NCBI GenBank assembly: GCA_009859145.1
Contig: VRVR01000030.1
Location: 177,097-241,096, forward strand
DNA: 64,000 nt
Origin: Andalucia godoyi And28
Lineage: Eukaryota > Protista > Jakobida
Direction of reading: 5' to 3'
Numbering within the stretch: the first letter of the stretch is position 1; each line of letters starts with the position of its first letter. This document shows, in pieces, positions 54,342-64,000 of the stretch. The position numbers were made by a program, and so were the translations under genes. The notes under the pieces are model-generated. The model was not told where the DNA came from. It saw only the letters and a list, made by a program, of their open reading frames with translations, and did not search any database.

Positions 54342-55547
54342 ATGTCAGTGTCGCTGCCTTTGATTGCTCCTCCTTCTCCTGCAATGTCTCCAGGAAGCAG
54401 CCAGACTCCGCGGACTCCACGAAACCCGTTTGTCGTTCGGATGCCTGCTTCTTCTTCTTCTTCTCCCTTTTCTGCATCTGCTGCATCCGTTAGTACTGCT
54501 AGCGTTTCCTCACCGTCTTCATCTCCGGCTACCTCGCCAGCGACCACGTTCACAGCGACCACAACCAACAACATGTCTCAAGACATTTCTCCAAAGTCAG
54601 CGGCGACGCTCAAACTTGCTGAGTTGAATACGGCACTGCAGAGCATTCGATCGACGGTCAACGTTCAAGAAGCAAAGTCAAAAGGTCAAGCAGATACAGC
54701 ACGATTTCAGGAAATGCGCGACTATCTCGAATCGCTCCGATCCGACATGCAGGCAGAAAGAGTAGTCCGTGTCGAGATGGTGACAAGAGTCGAAGATACG
54801 CTCAGCAAGGAAATTGCTGCTGTGCAGTCCAGGTGGCATGTCGAGCTTGAGAAGCTCAAGGGGGTTGTGTCCACAGTGGGACAAGCACTGAGTGAACTGC
54901 ATGAATCACTTCAGTCGGAAGTTGCGGATAGACAGCGCGAATCGGCTGAGACAAGAGCAGAGATTCAAGCATTGCTTGACGGACAACGAAACATGGACGT
55001 ATCAATGCGGTCAATATTCCATGATGTCCGCGAATTCCGATCTCTTTTGGAAAAGGCTTCTTCAGATACTGGGGTGGTTCTTGGACGAGTCGATGCCCGA
55101 ATCGGGGCGTTGGAGAAGGAATCGAGCGAAACCAGAAGAGCGCATTCTGCAGCACTTGCCAATTTGGATCAGTACGTTGCGTTTGTGAAGGCCATGCAGC
55201 TGGATGTCAGAGCCGAGAAGGCATCGAGAGAGGATGCGCTGTCTAACCACAACGCAAAGGTTGAGCACATTACTGGTCTGCTGCGCGACGATCTTCGAAA
55301 AATTGAGCTCACGAGACAGGCGGATCTTGTGAATTTGAAAGCTTGGATGGAGCGGACTTTTGCAGAGCAGCGAGCTCTGCTTGACGAGTCCTTCAAAGAT
55401 CAGGACAAGAAGATGGCGGAGGAGATGGACAAGATTCGGAAGTTGCTGTTTGAAGAGCGAGCACACCGGCTCAAAGACAACGAAGACATCATCAAGCACT
55501 TTTCCGAGAATCTGCTCGACTTGCAAAAGCAAATACTGGGTGTCTAA
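54342..55547 (+). CDS. SF-assemblin/beta-giardin-like coiled-coil protein
   Basis: Pro/Ser-rich head, segmented coiled coil and C-terminal EERAHRLKDNEDII..F..NL..LQKQI resembling SF-assemblin (by eye). Confidence 0.55.
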   Translation: MSVSLPLIAPPSPAMSPGSSQTPRTPRNPFVVRMPASSSSSPFSASAASVSTASVSSPSSSPATSPATTFTATTTNNMSQDISPKSAATLKLAELNTALQSIRSTVNVQEAKSKGQADTARFQEMRDYLESLRSDMQAERVVRVEMVTRVEDTLSKEIAAVQSRWHVELEKLKGVVSTVGQALSELHESLQSEVADRQRESAETRAEIQALLDGQRNMDVSMRSIFHDVREFRSLLEKASSDTGVVLGRVDARIGALEKESSETRRAHSAALANLDQYVAFVKAMQLDVRAEKASREDALSNHNAKVEHITGLLRDDLRKIELTRQADLVNLKAWMERTFAEQRALLDESFKDQDKKMAEEMDKIRKLLFEERAHRLKDNEDIIKHFSENLLDLQKQILGV

Positions 55548-55718
55548 AAATGAGAGTAGGACGGAAGCAAAAGGGCTTGCTTTATGACATGAATCTATTT
55601 CGATTTTCGATCCTTCTTCTTTCCTTTTTTCGTTCTTTCTTTTCGATTTCGAAATTTTGTTAATTCGTTTCGCATTCGTTTTTCGGTTACGTTTCGCTCT
55701 CGAGAGTGCATTAAGAAT

Positions 55719-56962
55719 TTAAGGCAGATCTTCTTCGTGATCTGCAAGGCGGCGAATGTAGAGATATGCATCGGTTCCCCAGGACTCCAGAGACTTGAGC
55801 TCGAGGTCCCCTCCAAAGTATCTTGCATAAAGCTTGGAAAGGGGTAACCCGTATCCATACCCTGCAATGCGATCTGTGTTTCCCTGGCCGCGAGAAGGGG
55901 ACGGGTCAAACAAGCTTGATCCGGACCCCGACGGCCCGTTGACGCTGGACGTGACCGCGTCGTTGTTCTTGGCGGTGGTGTACGAATACGTCCACAACAC
56001 TGGCAGCGCAGAGCGCGGAATTCCGCCTCCCTTGTCGGAAACCTTGATCGTCACGTCCTCTTGGCCGTTGGCGACAATCACGTTGATTTCAGGGTACTCA
56101 TGATCGTCGTACAGCCACTCGGGAAGCTTCTCTCCTCGAAGCAACATTTGCTGCAGATGCTGCGACATTTCTTCTTGCGGAACTCCAAGTCTCTGCGACC
56201 TTTGTGTCTCCACGGTAGCCCGCATGGAATTCTTGATCAGCTCAAACAACATGAGATACAGATGCGACGGAACGTACGTGAATTTTGTATCGAGAGATCC
56301 GAGGATCTTCACTTTTGGCGCGACACCATAATTGGTATCACACAGCTGTTTGGCATGTCTCGACGCATCCTCGGCAACGTGTGTGGGTCTGCAGTCCTTC
56401 GTGATGATCCCCACGAATCCGGAAGTCTGCATGGCCTGCCGTCGTTCTTCGGGCGTCAAGGCGTGGAGTGCAAGATGCTGGCCAATGAGCATCCGGATTG
56501 AAATTCTGGACAAGTAGAACCGATCGAGGAACTGCTGCAGCTCAGGCCCCAAAATGTCTGCTCCAATTTTCTTTTTCAGCTCACGGATTCCCTGAGCCAT
56601 CTGCTGCACAACCCAATTATGACGCGTTTTGATGCCATCTAGTACATCGGTAAACTTCAAATCATCTTCAATGGACCGTATTTTTGGAAATTCATGGATC
56701 AGACGAAAAGAATCCACGTAGAGTCCATGCACAGTCTTCACAGACGGCATTTCGCTGAGTCCAAAAGGCAGATTTTCAAGTTCTACAATCCGATGAGACA
56801 GTCGAATCGGCAGTTCGTTGTGCAGAAACTGACTTGCGAGCACCAGCGTCTTTGGACTTGTATTTTTCCCAAACTCAAACAATGTCCTAAGCGAAATAGG
56901 CGTCACTGATTTGGAAGCCGCTGAAAGCACTGCGTTTCGAAAAATGTGCTGTGATGAAAGCA

Positions 56963-56995
<33 letters not shown>

Positions 56996-57173
56996 GCTGG
57001 AGCTGAGTATGATGGTGTAGGCTTGTGGATGCAGGATGATGAGAATGCGTATGGGTATGGATATGAGTGTGAGTTAAATGGTGCGGATGATGATGGATCG
57101 GGACCGGAATCGACTGCGCTGCAAAAGAAGACGCTGTCGAAAACCTCAGCGCGTTTGAAACAGTTCTGAGCAT
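55719..57173 (-). CDS. PDK: Mitochondrial pyruvate (or branched-chain ketoacid) dehydrogenase kinase
   Basis: FLHNELPIRL, FLDRFYLSRISIRMLIGQH, FELIKNSMRA, VSDKGGGI and AGYGYGLPLSKLYARYFGGDL. Transit peptide MLRTVS..; His- and Gln-rich insert. Confidence 0.9.
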
Positions 57174-57200
57174 CACTAAACACGCACGCAGAAGTCCCAC

Positions 57201-57270
57201 ACAGACACAGATAGACACAGATAGACACAGATAGACACAGACAGACACAGACAGACACAGACAGACACAA
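57201..57270. repeat. 10-bp minisatellite (A[C/T]AGACACAG)x7 upstream of PDK
   Basis: Direct tandem units visible in the sequence. Confidence 0.93.
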
Positions 57271-57525
57271 AACAAGAAGGGGAAAATTCAGTAGAACACA
57301 AAGAACAAAAAGATGAAATTATTCAATGATCATAACAATGACAACAATAAACAAAAATGCAAATCTTTTATTTTACAGGGTTTTTTGGTATTTTTGGGTG
57401 GTTTTTACTTTTGGCAGCATTAAAAGCCAATGACCACTCTGAATCCCCGAAAATTTCCGATTTTCTCGAATGGGCAATTCCTCTTCAATTTCCATTTTGG
57501 GACAGGAATCCAATCGCCGACGAAA

Positions 57526-57848
57526 TCTCGGCCTCCGACGAGAGGGGATCAACGGGTTTCTTGGTTCTGGGTATCTTCGGGCATGGTCGGTTTGAGGTTG
57601 TTGGGAAGACCCCTTTTTGGAGCCATGAGATGTGCTTTGTCTTTGTCTCTGATGAAAGGTGCTGCTTGAAGGTTCGATTATTCAAAAAAAAAAAAAAAAA
57701 AGCAAAACAAACAGAAAATAATAGAAAGAATGAGGAAGCGAAGAATGAAGAAAATTCTGGACCTGACTACGGTAAAACTTCCGATAGATATGATGTTATT
57801 TGATGTTTATACACGAAACGGCCAACCGTTGAGTTCTTTTCCGATTGC
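57526..57848 (-). repeat. Dispersed duplicated segment (copy 2)
   Basis: Inverted homologue of 31261-31600, including TACCGTAG.CAGGTCCAGAATTTT and the T-rich tract. Confidence 0.8.
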
Positions 57849-57945
57849 TTTCAAAAAAACTCCAAAAAAAAAACCGCCCCCCAAACACAACAACAACAGC
57901 AAACAAAATAGTCGAGGTTGGTAATTAGTAGTTAGAGAGACGAAG

Positions 57946-58866
57946 ATGTCCGTTCAGTCTGCAGATCTTTGCTTGTCGAAGAAGCCGAAAGATTTGGAAA
58001 TTCGTGTAAAGTACGAAGCGGACGATCTTGAGCGGCAGTTGGCGACGGCGCTGAAACGGAATGATTTCGATCGATCTGCAGAACTGCGAGATAAGATTGA
58101 GAGGCTGAAACGAGCGGATGCAGAAGCGAAGCAGGCTGCAGAAAAACAGCGACAACATGCAGAACAGTCGAAGCTGAATACAGCGTTTAAGCGGATGTCG
58201 TCGGAAACGGAGCGCCGAGTTGTCGAGTGTGCGTCGATGACTGAGAAAGAGTGCGAAGAGAAGATCAGAGGGATGGAGGCGTCTCATCGGTTTGAGTGGG
58301 AAGCTTTGGAGGAGGAAATCGCGTGGAGAGTGAAGATTGCAAAGCTGAGGTTTTCGCCGTCGTTGATCGCAATGAAGGATGCAGAAGCACGACTGATCTC
58401 CGCACAGCAGTTTGAAGAAGCAAAGGAGCTGCATAGAAGGGTTCTGATCCAAGAAGAGCGCGAGACGGCGAGATGGAAAGCCGATTTGCAGCGAACCATG
58501 GATGCGAAGAGAGCTAGACTGCAGGAGAAGCAAAACGGCGAAACAAACTTTATGCATCAGATGATGGCGAACTTGCGAGTCAAGGGCGAGCGAGCGCGGA
58601 CGCACGAGCTCGAGCTGCTTGCACAGAGAAAACGGAACTTTGAAAAGGATATGAAACATGCTCATCGAATGGAAATGATTCTTCAGCCCGATCCGTCTGG
58701 AACACTTGTCCGAGCAAACTTGTCACATCGAGATAAGAGCTCGACCTACAAGGGCACGCTGCTGCTTGAGAAGCAAACGGGCTCGCGATTCGCAATTCCC
58801 TCTGTCTGCGAGATCGACGAGCTCGAGCGCACACAGGGTCTTGATCGCTCAATCCGACTTGCATAA
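57946..58866 (+). CDS. Hypothetical coiled-coil protein
   Basis: 306-aa charged helical ORF with protein-like composition. Confidence 0.75.
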   Translation: MSVQSADLCLSKKPKDLEIRVKYEADDLERQLATALKRNDFDRSAELRDKIERLKRADAEAKQAAEKQRQHAEQSKLNTAFKRMSSETERRVVECASMTEKECEEKIRGMEASHRFEWEALEEEIAWRVKIAKLRFSPSLIAMKDAEARLISAQQFEEAKELHRRVLIQEERETARWKADLQRTMDAKRARLQEKQNGETNFMHQMMANLRVKGERARTHELELLAQRKRNFEKDMKHAHRMEMILQPDPSGTLVRANLSHRDKSSTYKGTLLLEKQTGSRFAIPSVCEIDELERTQGLDRSIRLA

Positions 58867-59114
58867 AATTCCGGGTTCTTTGAGCTCTTCCATAGCAGGC
58901 AGAAAGCACGAAGAGGAGACGGAGGACGCAAAGACCTTTTTGAACAGAAATGTCAACAGTGTGTACAGATTTGCGAGATTTTTTTATATATTAAAAAAAA
59001 GGAGGGAAAAGAAGAATGATGAAAAGCCACAGACAAAAAATAATAAAAAACAAGAAGAAAGAGGAAAACCATGAAGAAACAATAATACTCGAATAACGAA
59101 ACAAGCACTGGAAT

Positions 59115-60617
59115 TTACAGCTCGTCCTTGGTCTCCTCCGCAGCAGATTCGACGGCGGCGAGGTCGGATTCCTTGACTCCAGCAGAGTTGTTCTCGAGCA
59201 GGAACTTGGACATTCCCTCAAGCGTTCGTTCTCCTGAAAAGTTGATGGGCTCCTTGGATCCCTTCTTGAAGAAGTACAAAGTAGGGTATCCCTGAACCTT
59301 GATTGGCTTGGGTGCATCATTCACCGTCGCATCCATCTTTGCAACACGGATGCGGTCTGCAACAGGTGCAAAGCGGGCAGCAAGGTCGTCATAGATCGGG
59401 GCAAGCTGCTTGCAGTGGCCGCACCATGGGGCGTAGAACTCGACCAAAACATCACGGTTCGAGTCAAAAACTTCCTGAACAAAAGACTTTCCAACAAGAA
59501 CAAACACGTGCGACGGATCTTCGTTTGCAGGAATTTCCTCCGAACGCATGAATGCCTCCATCTTTCCCTCTGCGAATTCCTCAACGAACTTTCCAACATT
59601 TTCTGCAGTGAGTTCGGCATTCAAGAACGGGAAGCGCTGGTCGTGGTGGAGATCATCAATTCCGAACGCTGGCGTGGTTCCCGGAAGACCGAGTCTCTTC
59701 TGGTGTTGGCCAAAGCGGGCGTTGTCCAAATAGCAGAAGACAATCTGCTTGTGGCCGTACTTCTGCGCAGACGCCCAGAGAGCCTGGATTGCGGGAATGT
59801 TCTTGACCTCGGCGGCCGACGGAGCCTGTCCTCCGAAAGCCGAGTAGTCCAAGAACAAAACACCGAGGGGCAGTCCACGGTTCACGTACTGTTCTGCAGT
59901 CTGTCCATTGAGTTCTCCAATCAGCGGAAGGACAAGAGACTTTGCCCATGCAACGACATCAGTGTCGACGGCGTCTGCATTCTGTGCAAAATCAAACTTG
60001 ACTTCGGTCTGGTCGAAATCTCTGTATGCGACAATCGAGTCTTCTGATGCAGACGCAATGGATCCGAGCGCAAACAAGTCACGGAGCGCATTAGACGCCT
60101 TGTTGAGGAGTTCCGACGCCTTTGCACCGTACGCAACAATAACCTTGTCTGCTCTGCGTGCATCAACGAATGCTTGTGCTTCTGCAGCAGACGCAAATGA
60201 CGTCATGGAGGGCTCCACCTGCTTCTTCACATACTTGACAATGCCGTCCGCATCGCGGGGTCCCTTGAAGTCCGTTGCAACATCGGATCCACGGAAAATC
60301 TTGATCGTCGGGTATCCCTGAACGCCAAAACGAGACGCGAGTTCCTTGTGAGTGTCCGCATCCACCTTGGCAAGCTTGATGGGCGAGCCCTCCGCGTCAA
60401 GAGTCGTGGCTGCCTTGGCCCACTCCGGCGCAAGCTTCTTGCAGTGGCCACACCACGGTGCATAGAACTCAACAGCGACAAACGAGTGTTCCGCAATCGC
60501 AGCATCAAAGTTTGATCCATCGAGAACAAGAACGTGCTCTTCAGTCGGGATATCAGTCGCCAACGACAGCGAGACCAACGCCGCAACCAAGAGTACAGCA
60601 AACGTAGGACGGATCAT
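59115..60617 (-). CDS. PDI: Protein disulfide-isomerase
   Basis: Signal peptide, two FYAPWCGHCK thioredoxin sites and C-terminal KDEL. Confidence 0.96.
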   Translation of the reverse strand: MIRPTFAVLLVAALVSLSLATDIPTEEHVLVLDGSNFDAAIAEHSFVAVEFYAPWCGHCKKLAPEWAKAATTLDAEGSPIKLAKVDADTHKELASRFGVQGYPTIKIFRGSDVATDFKGPRDADGIVKYVKKQVEPSMTSFASAAEAQAFVDARRADKVIVAYGAKASELLNKASNALRDLFALGSIASASEDSIVAYRDFDQTEVKFDFAQNADAVDTDVVAWAKSLVLPLIGELNGQTAEQYVNRGLPLGVLFLDYSAFGGQAPSAAEVKNIPAIQALWASAQKYGHKQIVFCYLDNARFGQHQKRLGLPGTTPAFGIDDLHHDQRFPFLNAELTAENVGKFVEEFAEGKMEAFMRSEEIPANEDPSHVFVLVGKSFVQEVFDSNRDVLVEFYAPWCGHCKQLAPIYDDLAARFAPVADRIRVAKMDATVNDAPKPIKVQGYPTLYFFKKGSKEPINFSGERTLEGMSKFLLENNSAGVKESDLAAVESAAEETKDEL

Positions 60618-61061
60618 TCGCGAACAATAAGAAAAGTAGTACAAAAAACCAACCAGAAAAAAAATAATAATAATATAATATAATATAATCTAAAATTATA
60701 GAAAATTAAAAAGGAAAGCAAAAAGTAAGAAAACGAAACGAAAGCCGCTGATGAAATGAGAAAAGTCTCGAAAGGGCAGACTTGAGCTGCGTTTGGTTTG
60801 AGATTTGAGCAGAGAAAGACTTGCAGAAGAGCGGAGACACGACAACAGTCTGTGTGATTTTGCCACGTGCAATTTGCTCCAGCGGATGCTTACAGCAGGC
60901 AGGCATCGTTCCTGCAAGAAACGCCCAACTGTAGATTGGCCGTTGGGAGTCCGTTACCTCCGAAACCTGACCGATCACGACAAAAAGGACCGCGTTGCGA
61001 TTTGGGGCGCCTCGAAAATGATGATCAAGAAACCGAACATGCAAGTACGTATGTATAGTTG

Positions 61062-61062
<1 letters not shown>

Positions 61063-61110
<48 letters not shown>
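61063..61110. repeat. Compound (CAG)6(TAG)10 microsatellite
   Basis: Seen directly, in the PDI/PPP2R3C divergent intergenic region. Confidence 0.93.
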
Positions 61111-61116
<6 letters not shown>

Positions 61117-61185
61117 CATAGCAGGAGTAGGAGAACACACATAGTAGAAGAGGGGAAAAAAGAAAGAAAGAAAGAAAACAATAAT

Positions 61186-62919
61186 ATGAGTACATTGTTG
61201 TCGTCGTTGTTGGAGTCGTACACAGCTCGACATGAATTGTCAGGAAAGAACATGGACTTGGTCATGGGTGAGCAAGAGGCCGCGAGTGGGATGCATCATG
61301 GTGGGGCGGCGCCATTGATGCTTCCTCGGCTGCATGCAAAGCCACGGCAGGGCACGGTGGAGCACGTTGTGTATCTCGAAGCCCGGAAGCTGTTTCTTGA
61401 TCGAAAGCACGCGGAACTCATTGATCCGTCGTTGTTTTCACCAATTGCAAAGGTTCTGATGACGCATGCGAACTTGTCGCTGCTGTCGACTCTGGAAGCC
61501 GAGCTCTCTGCGTCTGCGTCTGCGTCTGGGTCTGCGTCTGTGTCTGTGTCTGTGTCGTCTTCAAACTCGGGGTTGAAACGCACGAGAAGCGCCATGCTGC
61601 AAGAATGGAAACGAAAGGTCTCGACGTATATCAATTACGAGCAGTATTCCTACGCGGCCTCTCAGCTCGTGGACGATGGCATCTTGAGCCCTGCGCAGGC
61701 GTCAGAGTACTTGTCACCGGCCGCGTTCCTCATGCACACTCCAGATGCACAAGGCAGGGTCTCCGTGGCGCTGGTTCTCGCACACATCACGAAAAAGACG
61801 GCCGCGATGCAGACACGAATTGCGCTTTCTGTGCATGATGTGGACGGTGACGGCTTCTTGACCGAACAGGATTTGGATGCGTTTGTCTATGAGGCGATTC
61901 CAGCAATCCCGCATATTGCTGCGATTCCAGAGTCGTTTTATCCGTTTTACACGTGTGCAGCCGCGAGAAAGTTTCTCTTTTTCCTTGATCCGATGCGCAG
62001 AGGTATGGTGGACATTCTCGATCTGCTTCAGTCGGATGTTCTGGCCGAGTTTGTCGCTGTGACAACGTGGAACAACTCGCTCTTTGGAGCCCTTGGAAAT
62101 GTACTCGCAGATCTCGACTCTCTGGTTTTTGCAGACACACAGCTCATGAACCCTCTCGGCGGGAGCACTGGAAGCTCGGCACCAAGCGGGCTCTCATCGC
62201 TGCCTCCAATTGGCGGCACCAACAAGCAGCCCATGGGGCTGTTGCACGGAGCCGGTAGCATGGGAATCACCGGCAATGCGGCCCATATGGGAACGAGCAA
62301 TGCTACGGTTATGACGCTCGTTGGTGTTCCGTCCACTTCGCGAGTGATTCCGAGAAAGAACTGGTTTGGCCGAGACTTTTCGCTCGCGGTGTACTCAACG
62401 TTCCTCGACCTTGACCTTGATGCGAACGGGATGCTGGCTCCCGACGAGCTTGAGCACTGGAACTCGGGAATGCTGACAGAGACGTTCGTTAGCCGCGTCT
62501 TTGCTGTGTCCCACACATACGATGGACAGATGGATTACAAAGCGTATCTGGACTTTGTGCTGGCACAGACTTACAAAACAGACCCGGTATCGCTCGCTTA
62601 TCACTTTCGGGTTTTGGATGTTTCGCAGTCGGGAAAAATCACGGTATTTACCATCAATTACTTTTTCAGAGACTTGTCTGTTCGAGTGTCGATGGCTGGC
62701 GCAGACCCAGCAGCCGTCGAAGATGTCAAGGACGAGATCTTTGACATGGTCAAGCCAAAAGACCCCTTTGGCATCACCCTTGACGACTTGGTCAAGTGCA
62801 AGGTCGGTGACACGGTCGTCAGCATACTATCCGACGTCGTCGGATTCATTGCTTACGAAAATCGAGAAAACCAGTCTTCTGCGGGTCAAGATGATGACGG
62901 CGATTCTGCCGATGACTGA
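61186..62919 (+). CDS. PPP2R3C: Protein phosphatase 2A regulatory subunit B'' gamma-like (EF-hand)
   Basis: EARKLFLDRK, HDVDGDGFL, FLFFLDPMRRG, LDLDANGML and EIFDMVKP..ITLDDL..CKVGDTVVSILSDV.GF..YENRE. Confidence 0.85.
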   Translation: MSTLLSSLLESYTARHELSGKNMDLVMGEQEAASGMHHGGAAPLMLPRLHAKPRQGTVEHVVYLEARKLFLDRKHAELIDPSLFSPIAKVLMTHANLSLLSTLEAELSASASASGSASVSVSVSSSNSGLKRTRSAMLQEWKRKVSTYINYEQYSYAASQLVDDGILSPAQASEYLSPAAFLMHTPDAQGRVSVALVLAHITKKTAAMQTRIALSVHDVDGDGFLTEQDLDAFVYEAIPAIPHIAAIPESFYPFYTCAAARKFLFFLDPMRRGMVDILDLLQSDVLAEFVAVTTWNNSLFGALGNVLADLDSLVFADTQLMNPLGGSTGSSAPSGLSSLPPIGGTNKQPMGLLHGAGSMGITGNAAHMGTSNATVMTLVGVPSTSRVIPRKNWFGRDFSLAVYSTFLDLDLDANGMLAPDELEHWNSGMLTETFVSRVFAVSHTYDGQMDYKAYLDFVLAQTYKTDPVSLAYHFRVLDVSQSGKITVFTINYFFRDLSVRVSMAGADPAAVEDVKDEIFDMVKPKDPFGITLDDLVKCKVGDTVVSILSDVVGFIAYENRENQSSAGQDDDGDSADD

Positions 62920-63282
62920 CCCCCCCCGACGACCATGTCAATCATTCCAAAAACATTTTCTGCCTTCCCACCGACCCCAGCGATTCTCCGTTACGCAAAT
63001 TCCTTATGATTCTTGATTTCATTACACTTGACTGCATGCAAGTGAAAAACGTCAAGAGTGGTAAGTACAATGTAGATACAAAACTCTAGCACAATAGGAT
63101 GGGGAAGCATTCATCCCCTCTCAAGGAGAAGGAAGAAAAAAAAATAAAAAAGAATGCGAAAAACAACAACAGCACCAGCACCGGCACCGGCACCGGATCA
63201 GTCTGTCCAACTGGAGCGCTATCTGTGTTGCCGGTAAAAATGCAAAGGCAAAAGGGCCAAAAAAAAAAGTAAAAAAAAGTCA

Positions 63283-64000
63283 TTACATGTTCGGCAGCAC
63301 AACACGGAACGGCAATCTGGGATCAACAGCTTTTCCATCATCCGAATCGTCCAGAACTGCTTGATCTTCCGGATCTGTTGAGACAATAGCGCCTCGGTCA
63401 ACCGCCCGTCTTCTTCGGCGAGTTTCTCTCCTCTTGAACAATGCTTCATCCTGTGCTCTCTTCTTCCGATACACACTCTGCAAGAACGGTTGCAAATCCT
63501 CTGGAAGCGACTCGGTGTCCCGAACCGACATGTCTCCGCACTGATGAATAGGCGCGCTGAACGGCAGTGAATACGAGTACGGCAGCGTTGGATCGGGAGC
63601 CGTGGAGTCTTGGAATGGAACTGAAAACAGCGATTGAAACGGCAACTCCGACCAATGGCGCCATTCCACAAAGTCTCGGGCGACCCCATCGGTCAGTGGA
63701 AACAGCGGAAGCAAATCCTCATCCGTTGGAACGACCTCGGAAACTCCGTCCAAGCGCTTACCAAGGCTGATCTCAGACTTTGGTTTTTTGGAAAGCCTGT
63801 CTTGTACCCATTTTTCGCGCTCCTCTTCTCGATCAAGGGCTCTTTTCCTCGCATGTTCTTGCCGCGATTTGAAAACCCCTTTTGTTTCTTCGTCGACAAC
63901 TGCTGGCTGCCCGGCCTTTCGGAACAAAAGGACATGTGGATGCGAGACCAGCCATTCCTCTAACAATATGATTCGGGCCTGCGACTCGGACGTGCAGTGC
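63283..64000 (-). CDS. 3' part of a hypothetical gene entering from the right edge
   Basis: The frame stays open from the window end to the stop at 63283 and has protein-like composition. Confidence 0.65.
   Translation of the reverse strand, partial: HCTSESQARIILLEEWLVSHPHVLLFRKAGQPAVVDEETKGVFKSRQEHARKRALDREEEREKWVQDRLSKKPKSEISLGKRLDGVSEVVPTDEDLLPLFPLTDGVARDFVEWRHWSELPFQSLFSVPFQDSTAPDPTLPYSYSLPFSAPIHQCGDMSVRDTESLPEDLQPFLQSVYRKKRAQDEALFKRRETRRRRRAVDRGAIVSTDPEDQAVLDDSDDGKAVDPRLPFRVVLPNM

Noticed and set aside
2276-57275. Hydrophobic F/C/V-rich N-terminal extensions on many listed ORFs (e.g. 4405, 50830, 53078, 57275 starts)
   Set aside because: They arise from poly-T or simple-repeat UTR and intron sequence read from non-ATG starts. 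Downstream ATGs give sensible proteins.
1-64000. tRNA genes
   Set aside because: No convincing cloverleaf with A and B boxes was found by eye (e.g. GGTTCGAT near 24579 lacks the rest). tRNAscan-SE would be decisive.

Overview
Gene-dense, intron-poor eukaryotic DNA. It is probably from an aerobic flagellated protist: it has GT-AG introns with T-rich tracts, mitochondrial complex I and PDK genes, and several cilium or basal-body-type genes. The taxon cannot be fixed from the sequence. About 25 protein genes are supported, including a RecQ helicase, a ~3570-aa alpha-actinin/spectrin-superfamily giant, GH125, a FAF2-like UBX protein, a STE20 kinase, NDUFA5, RAE1, a KsgA-family methyltransferase, GAPN, an NlpC/P60 protein, PDK, PDI and PPP2R3C. 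There is also a solitary 5S rRNA gene and a decayed Ty1/copia element with both LTRs. The most striking signal is four remnants of a Fanzor2/TnpB (IS607-like) RNA-guided nuclease transposon within ~16 kb (37.6-53.7 kb). All have lost most or all of the nuclease ORF through different deletions. All keep a conserved, structured right end resembling an omega-RNA scaffold (GNRA and UUCG hairpins in the two best copies), and three also share a left-end motif. One copy lies just downstream of the 5S gene on the same strand. All family assignments are by-eye motif recognition, not database searches.
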